From positions 352,001 through 416,000 of the forward strand of contig CAVRCF010000002.1 of the NCBI GenBank assembly GCA_963719505.1: a DNA stretch of 64,000 bases, written 5' to 3'. This DNA comes from Halobacteriovoraceae bacterium (lineage in GTDB: Bacteria > Bdellovibrionota > Bacteriovoracia > Bacteriovoracales > Bacteriovoracaceae). The translations under genes and the position numbers were made by a program. This document shows, piece after piece, positions 49,323 through 59,516 of the stretch. The notes under the pieces are model-generated. The model saw only the letters and a program-made list of their open reading frames with translations. It had not been told where the DNA came from and did not search any database. Within the stretch, counting starts at the first letter, position 1. Each line of letters begins with the position of its first letter.

Positions 49323-49901
49323 ATGATTAAATTATTAGTGCTTTTGCTTGTGGCTTCTTGCGCCCATAAAAAAATGGATATCGAAACAACTGGAAAAACA
49401 GTTGAGCCTGGCTCGAGTGTTACTTTAGGTGGACAAGAAGTTAAGCTTTATAATGAAGGTGGAGTTATAAAAGTGAATAAACCCATCGCAAATTTTATTA
49501 AGCCTATTGCAGATCCAAAAACTTTTATCGGAAATGTGACTATTATTAATATCGTTCCATCAATCGATACAAAAGTGTGTGAGGAGCAGACCCATATCTT
49601 AGGGGAAAGTGACCTCATCTATAAAACGATTAAAAGAGTGACTATTAGTCGAGACCTTCCCATGGCCCAAAGTCGTTTTGCCAAAGAGGCTAGTCTAGAA
49701 AACATAGTGTACCTCTCCGACTTCAAGGACTCTTCTTTTGGTAAGAGTTCAGGTCTTTTAATGACTGAAAAAGGTCTTTTAGCCCGTGGCGTAATTGTCA
49801 CTGACAGAAAAGGAATAATTCGCTATATGCAGGTTGTACCAGAGGTATCTATACTACCTGACATGAAACAAGCGATAAAATTCGCCAACGACCTTCTCTA
49901 G
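49323..49901 (+). CDS. Tpx-like thiol peroxidase lipoprotein
   Basis: Lipobox LVASC, PSIDTKVC (PxxxTxxC), ISRDLPMAQSRF and LLARGV. Confidence 0.8.
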   Translation: MIKLLVLLLVASCAHKKMDIETTGKTVEPGSSVTLGGQEVKLYNEGGVIKVNKPIANFIKPIADPKTFIGNVTIINIVPSIDTKVCEEQTHILGESDLIYKTIKRVTISRDLPMAQSRFAKEASLENIVYLSDFKDSSFGKSSGLLMTEKGLLARGVIVTDRKGIIRYMQVVPEVSILPDMKQAIKFANDLL

Positions 49902-49972
49902 AAATTTAAAATCTGTTTGACGAGACAAACTTCTGAGTGCTAGGCTTAACAATTCTAGCATTTAGGAGTCAT

Positions 49973-51214
49973 TTGAATCTTTTCTTTTTATCCCTCATCG
50001 TTTTTTCTTTTTATTCAAAAGTTTTGGCCAATCCTGTTGATCATTTACTGGGACGGTATATTAAAGATTTTATGCTTGCTCCACCTGCAACTGCGCCTAT
50101 GGATGATCCTAAAAAATACAGGCTGGGAAAACTTCTTTTTAGTGAAAAAAAACTCTCATTAATGAATGATAGAAGTTGTCAGTCCTGTCATGACCCGACA
50201 CTTGGAACAAGTGATGCCTTACCATTTTCTTTTGGTACCGATGGGATCACCAATAGAAATAGCCCACACCTGTATAATAAAGGTCATGAAAAGATCAAGC
50301 TTCTTTTTTGGGATGGAAGAGTGAGCTATAATTCCCGTACGAAAACCTATAAAACGCCTGAGCCCCATCTCAACGGAGCAAATCCAAAATATGATTTTAT
50401 CACCAGTAAAATTGAAAATGTTTTGGCCATGCAAGCTCTTTTTCCCTTGGTAAATCCAATCGAGATGAGAGGGGAGGTCAACAGTAGTCTCACGAATCTA
50501 GAAGTTTGGAAAATGATTGAGATAAAAATTTCTAATGATCCAAAATATTCTTTTTGGGATCAAAAAATTGATATTGCCACTATTGCCAATGCTCTTTCCT
50601 ATTTTCAAAAAATTGAGTTCCAAGTTAACGACACACCTTTTGATCGATACATTTTGGGTGACTTAAAAGCGTTGGGCCCAAAAGAGAAAAACGGAGCCCT
50701 TGTTTTTATGGAGCAAGGAAGATGCGTGCGTTGTCACTTTGGTCCTCTTTTGAGTAACCAATTTTTACAAAATATTGGCTCTCCTCAAACTGGAGAAGGT
50801 GCAAATACCGACCATGATGATGAAGGACAATTTGCTTTGACGAGAAATTCAAATCACAAATATGCTTTTCTCAATCAACCCCTTCGAAATGTTGCACTGT
50901 CAGCTCCATTTTTTCATAGTGGAGCTTTCACTTCTATTGAAGAAGTTATCAATCATTACGATGATCCCAAAAAGTCACTCGCCAACTACAATGGAATCAC
51001 CATGCTAGATACTTATGAATCTTTATATCCAAGCCCAATATACGTTTTAAAGTCTAGAGTTCTCATTGAAGACAAGTCAAAATTTATCAATAATATTTTG
51101 CGCTTTCCACTGAACTTAACTGACGACCAAAAAAGAGATCTTGCCTGTTTTGTTAAAAAGTCTCTCACCCAACAGAAGTTTCACTCCAAGCTTGATTTAC
51201 TTGAGTGTTTTTGA
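49973..51214 (+). CDS. Di-heme cytochrome c peroxidase/MauG family protein
   Basis: CQSCH and CVRCH heme motifs, RNSP, FWDGR and LRNVALSAPFFHSG. TTG start after AGGAG. Confidence 0.88.
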   Translation: MNLFFLSLIVFSFYSKVLANPVDHLLGRYIKDFMLAPPATAPMDDPKKYRLGKLLFSEKKLSLMNDRSCQSCHDPTLGTSDALPFSFGTDGITNRNSPHLYNKGHEKIKLLFWDGRVSYNSRTKTYKTPEPHLNGANPKYDFITSKIENVLAMQALFPLVNPIEMRGEVNSSLTNLEVWKMIEIKISNDPKYSFWDQKIDIATIANALSYFQKIEFQVNDTPFDRYILGDLKALGPKEKNGALVFMEQGRCVRCHFGPLLSNQFLQNIGSPQTGEGANTDHDDEGQFALTRNSNHKYAFLNQPLRNVALSAPFFHSGAFTSIEEVINHYDDPKKSLANYNGITMLDTYESLYPSPIYVLKSRVLIEDKSKFINNILRFPLNLTDDQKRDLACFVKKSLTQQKFHSKLDLLECF

Positions 51215-51271
51215 TTTATTTTTGCTAAAAATTTAAACCGTGATAAAATTTGTTTATATCATGGAGGATAA

Positions 51272-52018
51272 ATGAAAAGGATTTTCATTGCACTATTAAT
51301 ATGTGCTCACGGGGCATATGCATCTATGCCAAATCAATACACCCAGTTATTACCATTTGTTCAAGAGTCACCAGATCAAGGGGATGTTGCATCTTGTATG
51401 TTCATGGCCACGACAGGATCTATCGAGCTTTTGCTAAACCAAAAGTACGATATTCGCTATCCCACAAAAGGTGAGCTATTTGATATTTCTGAAAGGTTTA
51501 CGATGAATATGAGTGGTACTCGAGGATCTTCTTGGCATCTTGGAGCTTTATCAAAGTTGAATCAAAATTGGGCCATTGCCGAAAGTGACTTACCCTTTTC
51601 AGCTTGGACCGAATCTGGACAGGTAGATAGATCAATGTGGAGAAGGCCAGCAGATTTTTATAAACTTCCTAGAATGAAAATTGATCACACTTTTAGTGCG
51701 AAAAGACTTTTTATTAGAGGAAAGAAATACGCCAAGTACGTTATTAAGCCCGGGGATATTGACCTTGTGAAAAAAGCATTGGTTGAAAATAACGCACCGG
51801 TATTAATTAATTATAACCATAATGGATGGTGGCATATGATTAATATCGTAGGATTCGATGATAATGCCAAAGGGGAGTGTACGCATACACCTGAACCTCA
51901 ATGCACTCAAATGGGTGGCTTTTATGTAAGAGATTCACTGGGAAAGAGCGTTCATTTAAGATCTTATGACTGGTTTAGAGTTAACGTGAATGCCGCTTTT
52001 AGTGTCACTATGAATTAG
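51272..52018 (+). CDS. Secreted papain-like (C1-type) cysteine peptidase
   Basis: DQGDVASC, WHMINIVGFDD and YVRDSLG. Confidence 0.7.
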   Translation: MKRIFIALLICAHGAYASMPNQYTQLLPFVQESPDQGDVASCMFMATTGSIELLLNQKYDIRYPTKGELFDISERFTMNMSGTRGSSWHLGALSKLNQNWAIAESDLPFSAWTESGQVDRSMWRRPADFYKLPRMKIDHTFSAKRLFIRGKKYAKYVIKPGDIDLVKKALVENNAPVLINYNHNGWWHMINIVGFDDNAKGECTHTPEPQCTQMGGFYVRDSLGKSVHLRSYDWFRVNVNAAFSVTMN

Positions 52019-52088
52019 TATAGTTATTTTCACATTAACTAAACGTTAAAGAAGTCTTTTATCTCTAGTTGTTTGATAGCTTAGAGAA

Positions 52089-52631
52089 ATGAAAACTAAG
52101 CTATCATTTTTACTTTTACTTCTCTCTTTCGCCGGCTTTTCAGCACCAAAAAATAGTGAGATTTTAATCAATGGCTACTCTGAGTTGTATTCAAACTTTG
52201 AAACGATGACGATGTCAGATTTGATTATCACCTTTAAGTTTGAGTCAGATAAAGTCGAAAAGCTCAGTTCAAAAGTGACATCACTGGGTGAAAAAATGAC
52301 GAAGGATCTTAAAGCTCTCAAAAAGAAATCTTCTTGGCTAAAGTTAAATGATGAGGGGCAATCCAAATTTTCAAAAAAAGTTTCTGAAGTTTCTAAAGAA
52401 AGAAGAGTGATGGGACTAATGCCACTGATAGGCAAAGATCAGAAAGCTTTCGAAAGAAGTCTTTTGTTTCTCTACGGCGTTCTTGCTCAGAGTAATATAG
52501 ATAAAATAAAAGTTTTAAAACAATTGGAAACAGACCAGGACAGAATCCAATTCCTAACACTTGCAAATAAGAAACTTCAAGACTTAGACTCACAGGCAAG
52601 TACTATGCTTGAAAAATACTACTTTCAATAA
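52089..52631 (+). CDS. Secreted helical hypothetical protein
   Basis: Signal peptide. Confidence 0.65.
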   Translation: MKTKLSFLLLLLSFAGFSAPKNSEILINGYSELYSNFETMTMSDLIITFKFESDKVEKLSSKVTSLGEKMTKDLKALKKKSSWLKLNDEGQSKFSKKVSEVSKERRVMGLMPLIGKDQKAFERSLLFLYGVLAQSNIDKIKVLKQLETDQDRIQFLTLANKKLQDLDSQASTMLEKYYFQ

Positions 52632-52730
52632 GTCATTTCAGCACTATAACTGCTTAATATCATCATTGATTAGAATCATTCCTTCATGTAACCTTTTCTC
52701 TATAATAGAAGTATTAAGTTTTAAGGACAA

Positions 52731-53304
52731 ATGGGATGGACCAAACACACCTAGTAAGACAGCGAGGATAGATGCAAAGCTTAGAGGCTTATTTCTCTTG
52801 TCAGCGGACGGTTGCGCCAAGTCTTATAGGAAGTTCTTAGAAGGTGTTCAAGAAATACTCTTGAAGTTCTACAGTAAGGGAAGCTTTAAGTTTTCTCCAA
52901 GCGATATCGAAGAATTGAGCCAAGAGGCACTTCTTAAGATTCATCGCTTTAAAGGGTCTTATGATATGAGCTACCCAATAACACCTTGGATATATGCTGT
53001 CGCAACAAATGTAGCAAATGATAGATTTAAAGAGATTAGTAAAGACTCCAATATAAAAATGTCCTTGAAGTTTGAGGAAGTTGTTGATTCTTTTGAAATT
53101 AATATTGCTTTAAAACAAGAGCTTGAGACTTTATTGGAGAAACTAACTGAGAACCAAAGATATGTTTTACAATTATCTAAAGGTCTAGGTTTTTCAAATA
53201 AAGAGGTCTCTTCTCAAACCGGCATGGGGATATCGGCAATAAAAGTTAGTATTCATAGATCTTTAAAGTTATTGCGTGGGAAAGGTAGAAAGAATGAAAA
53301 GTAA
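52731..53304 (+). CDS. ECF sigma factor (SigF/ECF16-like); probable +1 error just after the start codon
   Basis: ELSQEALLKIH, PWIYAVATN and region 4 (AIKVSIHRSLK). RBS AAGGA + ATG 52731 comes into frame if one G is removed from ATGGGA. Confidence 0.8.
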
Positions 53305-53920
53305 TCTTGATTTTCTTGTTAAAGACGAAAGTCGTTTTAAACCCATGTTAAGGGAGAAGCTTTTCGTTTCAATCTATGTGATCCTCATTCTCGCGACTTA
53401 CTTCTTATGTGTAACTCTGATTGATATTAGAAGAGATGATGATCTGACTGCTGGATACTTCTACTTTGAAACTTTTCTCCTCTTTGCTGTTGCTCTCTTT
53501 TCAAGTGTCTTAACTTATAGGCTACTGACTCCAGCAAAAAATATAGGCAACTTGGCAAAACTTTTTTCAGTGTCTTTATTGGCCTATCTTGGTTCACTCC
53601 TTTACAGAATTCCTAAGAGCGATATGCTAAGCCAATTTTATCTCGAAACTGATATGAGTAGAGGAGGTTGTGGGGTTCTTATAACTATTTTTTCACTATC
53701 AAGCTTCTTTGTTCTCTATCATTTTGTTCTTAAAAATGGGTATGTTTTCAAAAAAGCTTTATTTAGTTTATCTCTGGCCTGTGCAACTTGCTCAATAGGA
53801 GCTATTTCAATGCAGGTCATTTGTGAGCACGAATCAGTGGCACATGTTCTCGTTTATCATGCACCACCATTCATTGCTTTGGGTTTAATCTTTTTTATTT
53901 GGCAAAAACGAACCTCTTAG
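53294..53920 (+). CDS. NrsF/DUF1109-like membrane anti-sigma factor
   Basis: About six TM segments and a C-terminal C...H...YH motif. Overlaps the ECF gene. Confidence 0.72.
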   Translation: MKSNLDFLVKDESRFKPMLREKLFVSIYVILILATYFLCVTLIDIRRDDDLTAGYFYFETFLLFAVALFSSVLTYRLLTPAKNIGNLAKLFSVSLLAYLGSLLYRIPKSDMLSQFYLETDMSRGGCGVLITIFSLSSFFVLYHFVLKNGYVFKKALFSLSLACATCSIGAISMQVICEHESVAHVLVYHAPPFIALGLIFFIWQKRTS

Positions 53921-53922
53921 TT

Positions 53923-54588
53923 TTACCAAGGAAGTTCTTCTCCATTTGAGTGAAAGAAGTGACCAGAAACCTTATAGTCTAATGACTCCATAACCTTCAT
54001 TATTCCTACAGCACTTTCTTTTGGTGTTAAATGACCTGATCCATTGGTCATGTCCGTTTGAACGTAGCCAGGATGGAGAACCGCGACGTTAATTCCATCG
54101 CTTTTAAGATCTATACTCAAACCTTTACCAGCACAATTGAGGGCACACTTACTCATTCTGTAAGAATATTTATCTCCACTTGTATTGTCTTCAATACTGC
54201 CCATTCGTGAACTCATAAGGCCTATTTTTGACCCCTTGGGAAGAAGGTGTCTAAAAGCATTTACTGTTTTTAGGGGAGCAATAGCATTAACTTCAAATGA
54301 CTCTGTAAAGTGGTCCCAATTCACATCGGAAAACAAATTGTCATCTCTCCAAATTCCTGAAACGTGAAGAAGCATATCAAAACTTTGTCCTTTGAGTTGA
54401 GCGGCAATTTTTTCAAGGCTTGTCACATCACTAACATCGGCTCCTTCGATAACTGTAACATTATCAAGAGCATCGAGATCTTTTGACGATTTTCTGCATA
54501 GCGCTGTGACCTCATAATCTTTGGCATATTCTTTTGTAAGGGCCAGGCCAATTCCTCGATTGCTGCCTACGATCATTATTTTTTTCAT
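53923..54588 (-). CDS. Short-chain dehydrogenase/reductase (CsgA/C-factor-like)
   Basis: GSNRGIG, SSRMGSI, YRMSK and HPGYVQTDM. Confidence 0.9.
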   Translation of the reverse strand: MKKIMIVGSNRGIGLALTKEYAKDYEVTALCRKSSKDLDALDNVTVIEGADVSDVTSLEKIAAQLKGQSFDMLLHVSGIWRDDNLFSDVNWDHFTESFEVNAIAPLKTVNAFRHLLPKGSKIGLMSSRMGSIEDNTSGDKYSYRMSKCALNCAGKGLSIDLKSDGINVAVLHPGYVQTDMTNGSGHLTPKESAVGIMKVMESLDYKVSGHFFHSNGEELPW

Positions 54589-54674
54589 ATAAACTCCTTT
54601 GTTTGAACAATTCTAAACAATTTCTCTAATATTGTAAGTTTAGTTTTCGTCTTTAAGTATGTTAGTCTGTTCAC

Positions 54675-55460
54675 ATGAAAACTCTCGTTATTCTTATTCC
54701 AGGTAACCCAAGCGTCCCAGGGGTCTATGAACCTTTTATGAGTCAGCTGAGAGACGATTTCAATATCAGTGGAGAGATCGTTACGGAGATACTGCACCAT
54801 TTAGGACAATGCAATACCAAAGGTGTGAAGTTACCAAAGATATCTCTAAACCAAGTAATAGAGGATCATAAAAGCTCTATTATTAGGCTTATAAATGAAC
54901 ACAAAGCGCAAAGGGTTTACTTAGTTTCTCATTCGCTTGGGAGTGCCGTCTCTATTAGTCTCAATGATTTTCTTAAAGAGAGCATTGATAAGTTTTTTAT
55001 TCTTTGCCCGTTCATGGGACCAAGTGAGCAAAATATGTCTTATCTAAAGGTGTTTAAAAATCCAATCTCTCGATATGGAATGTCTTTGGGATCAAAAGCT
55101 ATTCTTTCAAATAGTCATATCTCAAAAAAATTCTTTTCAAGGTGGTTGGGAGATAACGATCTGAATGATGTTATTATTAATGAAATAAAAAAACCAAACT
55201 ATATCGATCACTTCTTCTCTTTAGTGTCGGGCTATTTTGAAGACTTCGAAAGACTCAATGTCAAAGAAGCTGTTCAAAAGCTTGACCCAGAGAAAACATT
55301 TTTCATTTTTGCAAAGAATGATTTTTGGGTACCAATTGAATATACAAAGCTAATTCCAAAGAATTCGAAGTACGAAGTGTTAGAAGATATCTCTCATGAT
55401 TTTTGTCTCTTTGATGATCAGTATAAAAAGGTGTCTAAAGTTATTTCAAGTCAGATTTAG
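54675..55460 (+). CDS. Alpha/beta hydrolase (lipid-droplet-associated hydrolase-like)
   Basis: IPGNP, SHSLG, D.WVP and SHDF. Confidence 0.78.
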   Translation: MKTLVILIPGNPSVPGVYEPFMSQLRDDFNISGEIVTEILHHLGQCNTKGVKLPKISLNQVIEDHKSSIIRLINEHKAQRVYLVSHSLGSAVSISLNDFLKESIDKFFILCPFMGPSEQNMSYLKVFKNPISRYGMSLGSKAILSNSHISKKFFSRWLGDNDLNDVIINEIKKPNYIDHFFSLVSGYFEDFERLNVKEAVQKLDPEKTFFIFAKNDFWVPIEYTKLIPKNSKYEVLEDISHDFCLFDDQYKKVSKVISSQI

Positions 55461-55492
55461 AAGTTAAGAAGTATGATTTAAAAGGTTGTTTC

Positions 55493-55957
55493 GTGGAAGA
55501 TTTATTGCAAAGCCCTTGGCTGTTAGTTTCATTTATTTTTATTTTTCTTGAGCTTTTTTTCGCAAGAAGGATCTTGTTCTTTTTAGGTGTTGCTTGTCTA
55601 GGAGTCGCTCTCACGACTGAGTATTTACAACTAAAGAGCTTGGAAAGTGAAATTAAGGTTTTTATAGCCTATAGCCTTTTTTCTTTAGGAGTATTAAGGT
55701 ATGTCACGAGAAAAATTTCACCGGTAACAATTATTGAGACGACCTTTAAAAAAGAGTCAAAGCTTTATGGTAAGTACGGCGTGGTGGTAGAAACGATAAA
55801 AGTCGCCAAAAAGGGAAGAGTTAAGATTGGTAAAAGAATTTTCTTAGCGAAAACAAAAGAAAAGTCTGATATCAAAATGGGTGAAGAAATAAAGATCTCC
55901 GGCAAAGATAAACGATGCTTTATTGTAGAGAGAAATGTCAATCGCGTCTTTATGTAG
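55493..55957 (+). CDS. NfeD-like membrane protein
   Basis: N-terminal TMs plus an OB-like C-terminus (LYGKYGVVVE...GRVKIG). Confidence 0.7.
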   Translation: MEDLLQSPWLLVSFIFIFLELFFARRILFFLGVACLGVALTTEYLQLKSLESEIKVFIAYSLFSLGVLRYVTRKISPVTIIETTFKKESKLYGKYGVVVETIKVAKKGRVKIGKRIFLAKTKEKSDIKMGEEIKISGKDKRCFIVERNVNRVFM

Positions 55958-55974
55958 GGCGATCAGTCCTTAAG

Positions 55975-56730
55975 CTATCGCAGGGCTTCTTCTAAAGCCA
56001 AAGATGCATTACTTTTATCGTCCCTATATTTTATAATAATAGGGGTCGAGATTTGAAGTCCTAATTCTTTTCCAAATTTAGTCTTTACAGGCCTTGAACC
56101 AGGAACAACCACAGCATTTTCAGGTATATCAGCACCTCTTTCTAATATTTTCTCGTTAACACAATCATAAACAGCGACAGCTTTAGACAGTGTAACCCCC
56201 GGCGCGATCACTGCATTTTTTCGAACGACAATACCTTCAACAATAACAGAGCCAGCTCCTATAAAAACATTGTCTTCAATAATCACTGGTGCAAGGCCTA
56301 TTGGCTCTAGCACACCACCTATTTGAACTCCTGCTGATAAATGAACATTCTTTCCTATTTGAGCACAACTTCCAACAAGGGCATGGCTATCCACCATGGA
56401 ACCTTCATCGATAAAGGCACCAATATTAACATAAGCCGGCGGCATAATGATAACGCTTGCTTTGACACACGCACCTCTTCGGACACTTGATCCACCTGGT
56501 ACCAGTCTCACACCATCTTCTATTTTGAATTCGCGAGCGGGTAGGTTGTGCTTATCAACAAAGCCTTTGTAGTTTCCAGTGCATCCAGTGTTATTACCAT
56601 TTTTAAAAACCTCTAAAATACCTTTTTTGACATCAGTATTGGCACTCCAATTTCCTTCGTGATCTCTAATCGCTGAACGTTGTTCGCCGCTTTCAAGCCT
56701 ATTGAGAAAATTTTCTATTTCAGTGCTCAT
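55975..56730 (-). CDS. dapD: Tetrahydrodipicolinate N-succinyltransferase
   Basis: [14 protein letters not shown] and [14 protein letters not shown]. Confidence 0.92.
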   Translation of the reverse strand: MSTEIENFLNRLESGEQRSAIRDHEGNWSANTDVKKGILEVFKNGNNTGCTGNYKGFVDKHNLPAREFKIEDGVRLVPGGSSVRRGACVKASVIIMPPAYVNIGAFIDEGSMVDSHALVGSCAQIGKNVHLSAGVQIGGVLEPIGLAPVIIEDNVFIGAGSVIVEGIVVRKNAVIAPGVTLSKAVAVYDCVNEKILERGADIPENAVVVPGSRPVKTKFGKELGLQISTPIIIKYRDDKSNASLALEEALR

Positions 56731-57611
56731 AATATTTCCTTTTTATACCAGTTGAGAATATTTGTATCTGCCGTCTTTAATGGATCAGTATCTTTGGTTT
56801 CCAAAGACGTGAGAGGTAATCTAAGTGTTGGATGAGAAATAATTCCCTTCAAGTGGAGTAAAACTTTTGTCGGTATAGGATTCGATTGCATAAAGAGTGC
56901 ATCTATCGCTGGCGCCCATACACTTTGGAGGCCTGTGTCTTCTTTATCAAGGGCCAGCTTTACATAATGGGAAGTTTCTTTTGGCCATATATTTCCAGCG
57001 ACACTTACAAGTCCACTGATACCAATTTTGGCTTGATCGACAATTAGCCCATCTTCCCCTGAGAAAATTTTAACATTCCCACAAACGCTTTGGTAAAGTT
57101 TAAGCTCTTCCAAGCTGCCACTGGCTTCTTTTAAAGCCCAAAAGTTTTTGTGATCATTCAGCCTTCTCACCACTTCTTGATGCAGTTTAACTCCTGTTCT
57201 GGAGGGGACGTTGTATAGCATTGTTGGTCGATTAGTGTGATCCAGAAGTTCTTTGAACCAGAGGGTTTGACCCTCTACTCCAGGTTTTGAATAAAGGGGA
57301 CAAGGCATTAAAAAAGACTTAACCTGTTCAAAGTTTTCACAGTAGGATATCCAAGATTTTTGTTCTTTAAGGTTTGCTCCACCAACACCTACCATGAGAG
57401 GTGATGTTAAGTTTTGTTGAGATGCAAACTCTACTATTTTTTCTCTATCTTCGACAGATAGTGCAAGGGCTTCCCCCGTACTTCCAAGAAGAACAATTCC
57501 GTTGCTGGCTTCTTCTTGTCTCAAAAGAACTTTTGAAAAAGATTGATAGTCTATTGATCCATCTTCTTTCATTGGGGTAATAATTGCTGTCCAAAGGTGC
57601 TTCTTAAACAT
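56727..57611 (-). CDS. dapA: 4-hydroxy-tetrahydrodipicolinate synthase
   Basis: [26 protein letters not shown] and SNPIP. Confidence 0.92.
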   Translation of the reverse strand: MFKKHLWTAIITPMKEDGSIDYQSFSKVLLRQEEASNGIVLLGSTGEALALSVEDREKIVEFASQQNLTSPLMVGVGGANLKEQKSWISYCENFEQVKSFLMPCPLYSKPGVEGQTLWFKELLDHTNRPTMLYNVPSRTGVKLHQEVVRRLNDHKNFWALKEASGSLEELKLYQSVCGNVKIFSGEDGLIVDQAKIGISGLVSVAGNIWPKETSHYVKLALDKEDTGLQSVWAPAIDALFMQSNPIPTKVLLHLKGIISHPTLRLPLTSLETKDTDPLKTADTNILNWYKKEIL

Positions 57612-57613
57612 TT

Positions 57614-58271
57614 CTATCCTTTAAATATTTATCAACGATACTTTCAAAACTATGGAGACCGAATTCCATCGGGACTTGTGAAACCATTTTTGCACACCAA
57701 ATAGCTCCTTGGGCAAAAAGCTCTCTATCTTTCGCTTCGTGGATAATAGAAATTTTTTCATTAGTGGTTTCAATATGAGCTTCATGGGTGCCGACTATAT
57801 CTGCGCGGCGAAAAGACTTTATTTCAGCTTTGTTCTCTAACCACTCATTCCATAAAAATGGGCCGTTCCACTTGGAGCATCTTTTTTATCGGTATGATGA
57901 GTCTCAGAAATTGTAATAGTTGGATCTTTCAAAAGGACTAAAAGAGAGTTTATTTGATTTATCGCTTTTCTCACCAGCAGCATTCCTAAAGAAAAGTTTG
58001 CGGCAAAAATCCATGTCTTTTTATTCTCTTTAATTTTCGTCCTCATCTGTTGGGTCCATTCGATACCAGTTGTACCAATAATAATCGGACAATTTAGAGT
58101 GAGAAGTAGATTAAAGTTTTCCAAAAAACCGCTGGCAGGAATGAAGACAATAAGTGCATCTAGAGGAGTTTTGTTTGTGGGAAGGTTTTGTGAATCATAG
58201 ACCATTGTTGTGCCAAGCATCTCAATGACTTTTGCGCCCGTTTTACCTTTTCCAAATACACCTATGTTCAT
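57614..58271 (-). CDS. dapB: Dihydrodipicolinate reductase with a frameshift at ~57854-57862
   Basis: GKGKTG, IGTTG, NFSLG and ETHHTDKKDAPSGTA. The other frame continues ...IVGTHE...IIHEAKDRELFAQGA to TAG at 57614. Confidence 0.88.
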
Positions 58272-58433
58272 AAAAATTCCTTCGTCACTATTTTGCCTCA
58301 ATGAGCGAGTAGCTGTAAAGGGTTTGTCTTAAGACATTTCTAAATGTGTAGATTTAATCATGAAAGCTAAATTGCTAAATGAATCTTTTATTGGGGATGT
58401 CCCGTCTAATAGTCACATATAAAGGAGAGTTAT

Positions 58434-59516
58434 ATGGATACAATTTTCGAGCCAATACAGATGAAAAGTTTAAACTTTAAAAACAAAGTGGTCATGGCAC
58501 CAATGACAAGAAGTAGAGCGGATAAGTCGGGAAAACCAACAAGTATGATGGCCGATTACTATTCCCAGCGCTGTGGAGCTGGACTTATTATCAGTGAGGC
58601 AACGAATATCTCAAAAGAAGCCTATGGCTATGAGCTAACTCCTGGCATTTTCACCAGTGAGCAGATAGAAGGTTGGAAGGAAGTGACAAAAGCTGTGCAC
58701 GAAAAAGAGGGAAAAATCTTTTGCCAATTATGGCATTGTGGAAGAATTTCTCATGATGAACTTCAACCAAACAATGATTTACCGGTGGCTCCAAGTGCCT
58801 TAAATCCAGATGCAGAAGCATTTGTTAATGGCGAAAAGAAAAAGACGCCAACTCCTCGCGCGCTTGAAACAGACGAGATTCCAAGAATTATTGAACAGTA
58901 TGTTGCAGCTGCAAAAAACGCTATTGAAGCTGGGTTTGATGGAGTGGAAGTTCACTCAGCTAACGGCTATCTCCTTCATCAATTTATTTCAGACTCTTCA
59001 AACAAAAGAGAAGATCAATATGGAGGCTCAATCGAAAACCGAAGTCGTTTCACTTTGGATACGGTATCAGCAGTTGCTAAGGCCATTGGGGCGGAAAAAG
59101 TGGGAATTCGCCTTGCTCCAGTTTCTGATTTTAATAATGTGCAAACAAAAGAGCCCCAGAAGGTTTATGAGTATATAGTGGAGAAATTAAATGAATTAGA
59201 AATTGGCTATATCCATATTATAGAAGGAAGAACCCAAGGTGATAGAGATTATCTAGACTTTGATTATCAATCTTTAAAAAAGAAATTTAGTGGGCTCTAT
59301 ATCGGAAATAATAATTATGATCTAAAATTGGCCAAGAGTAGAATGAGTGAAGGTCGTATCGACATGGTCTGTTTTGGAAGACCTTTTATTGCGAACCCAG
59401 ATCTTGTGACTCGATTTAAAGAAAATGCTTCTATGAATGAAGTTGATGAGGATACAATGTATGCTGGCGGAGAGGAAGGATATATTGATTATCCAAAAAT
59501 GGGAGAAAGAAAATAA
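58434..59516 (+). CDS. nemA: Old Yellow Enzyme family alkene reductase (NemA-like)
   Basis: MAPMTRSR, QLWHCGR, HSANGYL and FGRPFIANPDL. Confidence 0.88.
   Translation: MDTIFEPIQMKSLNFKNKVVMAPMTRSRADKSGKPTSMMADYYSQRCGAGLIISEATNISKEAYGYELTPGIFTSEQIEGWKEVTKAVHEKEGKIFCQLWHCGRISHDELQPNNDLPVAPSALNPDAEAFVNGEKKKTPTPRALETDEIPRIIEQYVAAAKNAIEAGFDGVEVHSANGYLLHQFISDSSNKREDQYGGSIENRSRFTLDTVSAVAKAIGAEKVGIRLAPVSDFNNVQTKEPQKVYEYIVEKLNELEIGYIHIIEGRTQGDRDYLDFDYQSLKKKFSGLYIGNNNYDLKLAKSRMSEGRIDMVCFGRPFIANPDLVTRFKENASMNEVDEDTMYAGGEEGYIDYPKMGERK

Noticed and set aside
52687-52713. Autoregulatory ECF promoter (TGTAACC-N16-AGTA)
   Set aside because: The -35 fits SigF-type promoters but the -10 is weak, and a TATAAT within the spacer offers a simpler sigma-70 explanation. 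Left uncalled.
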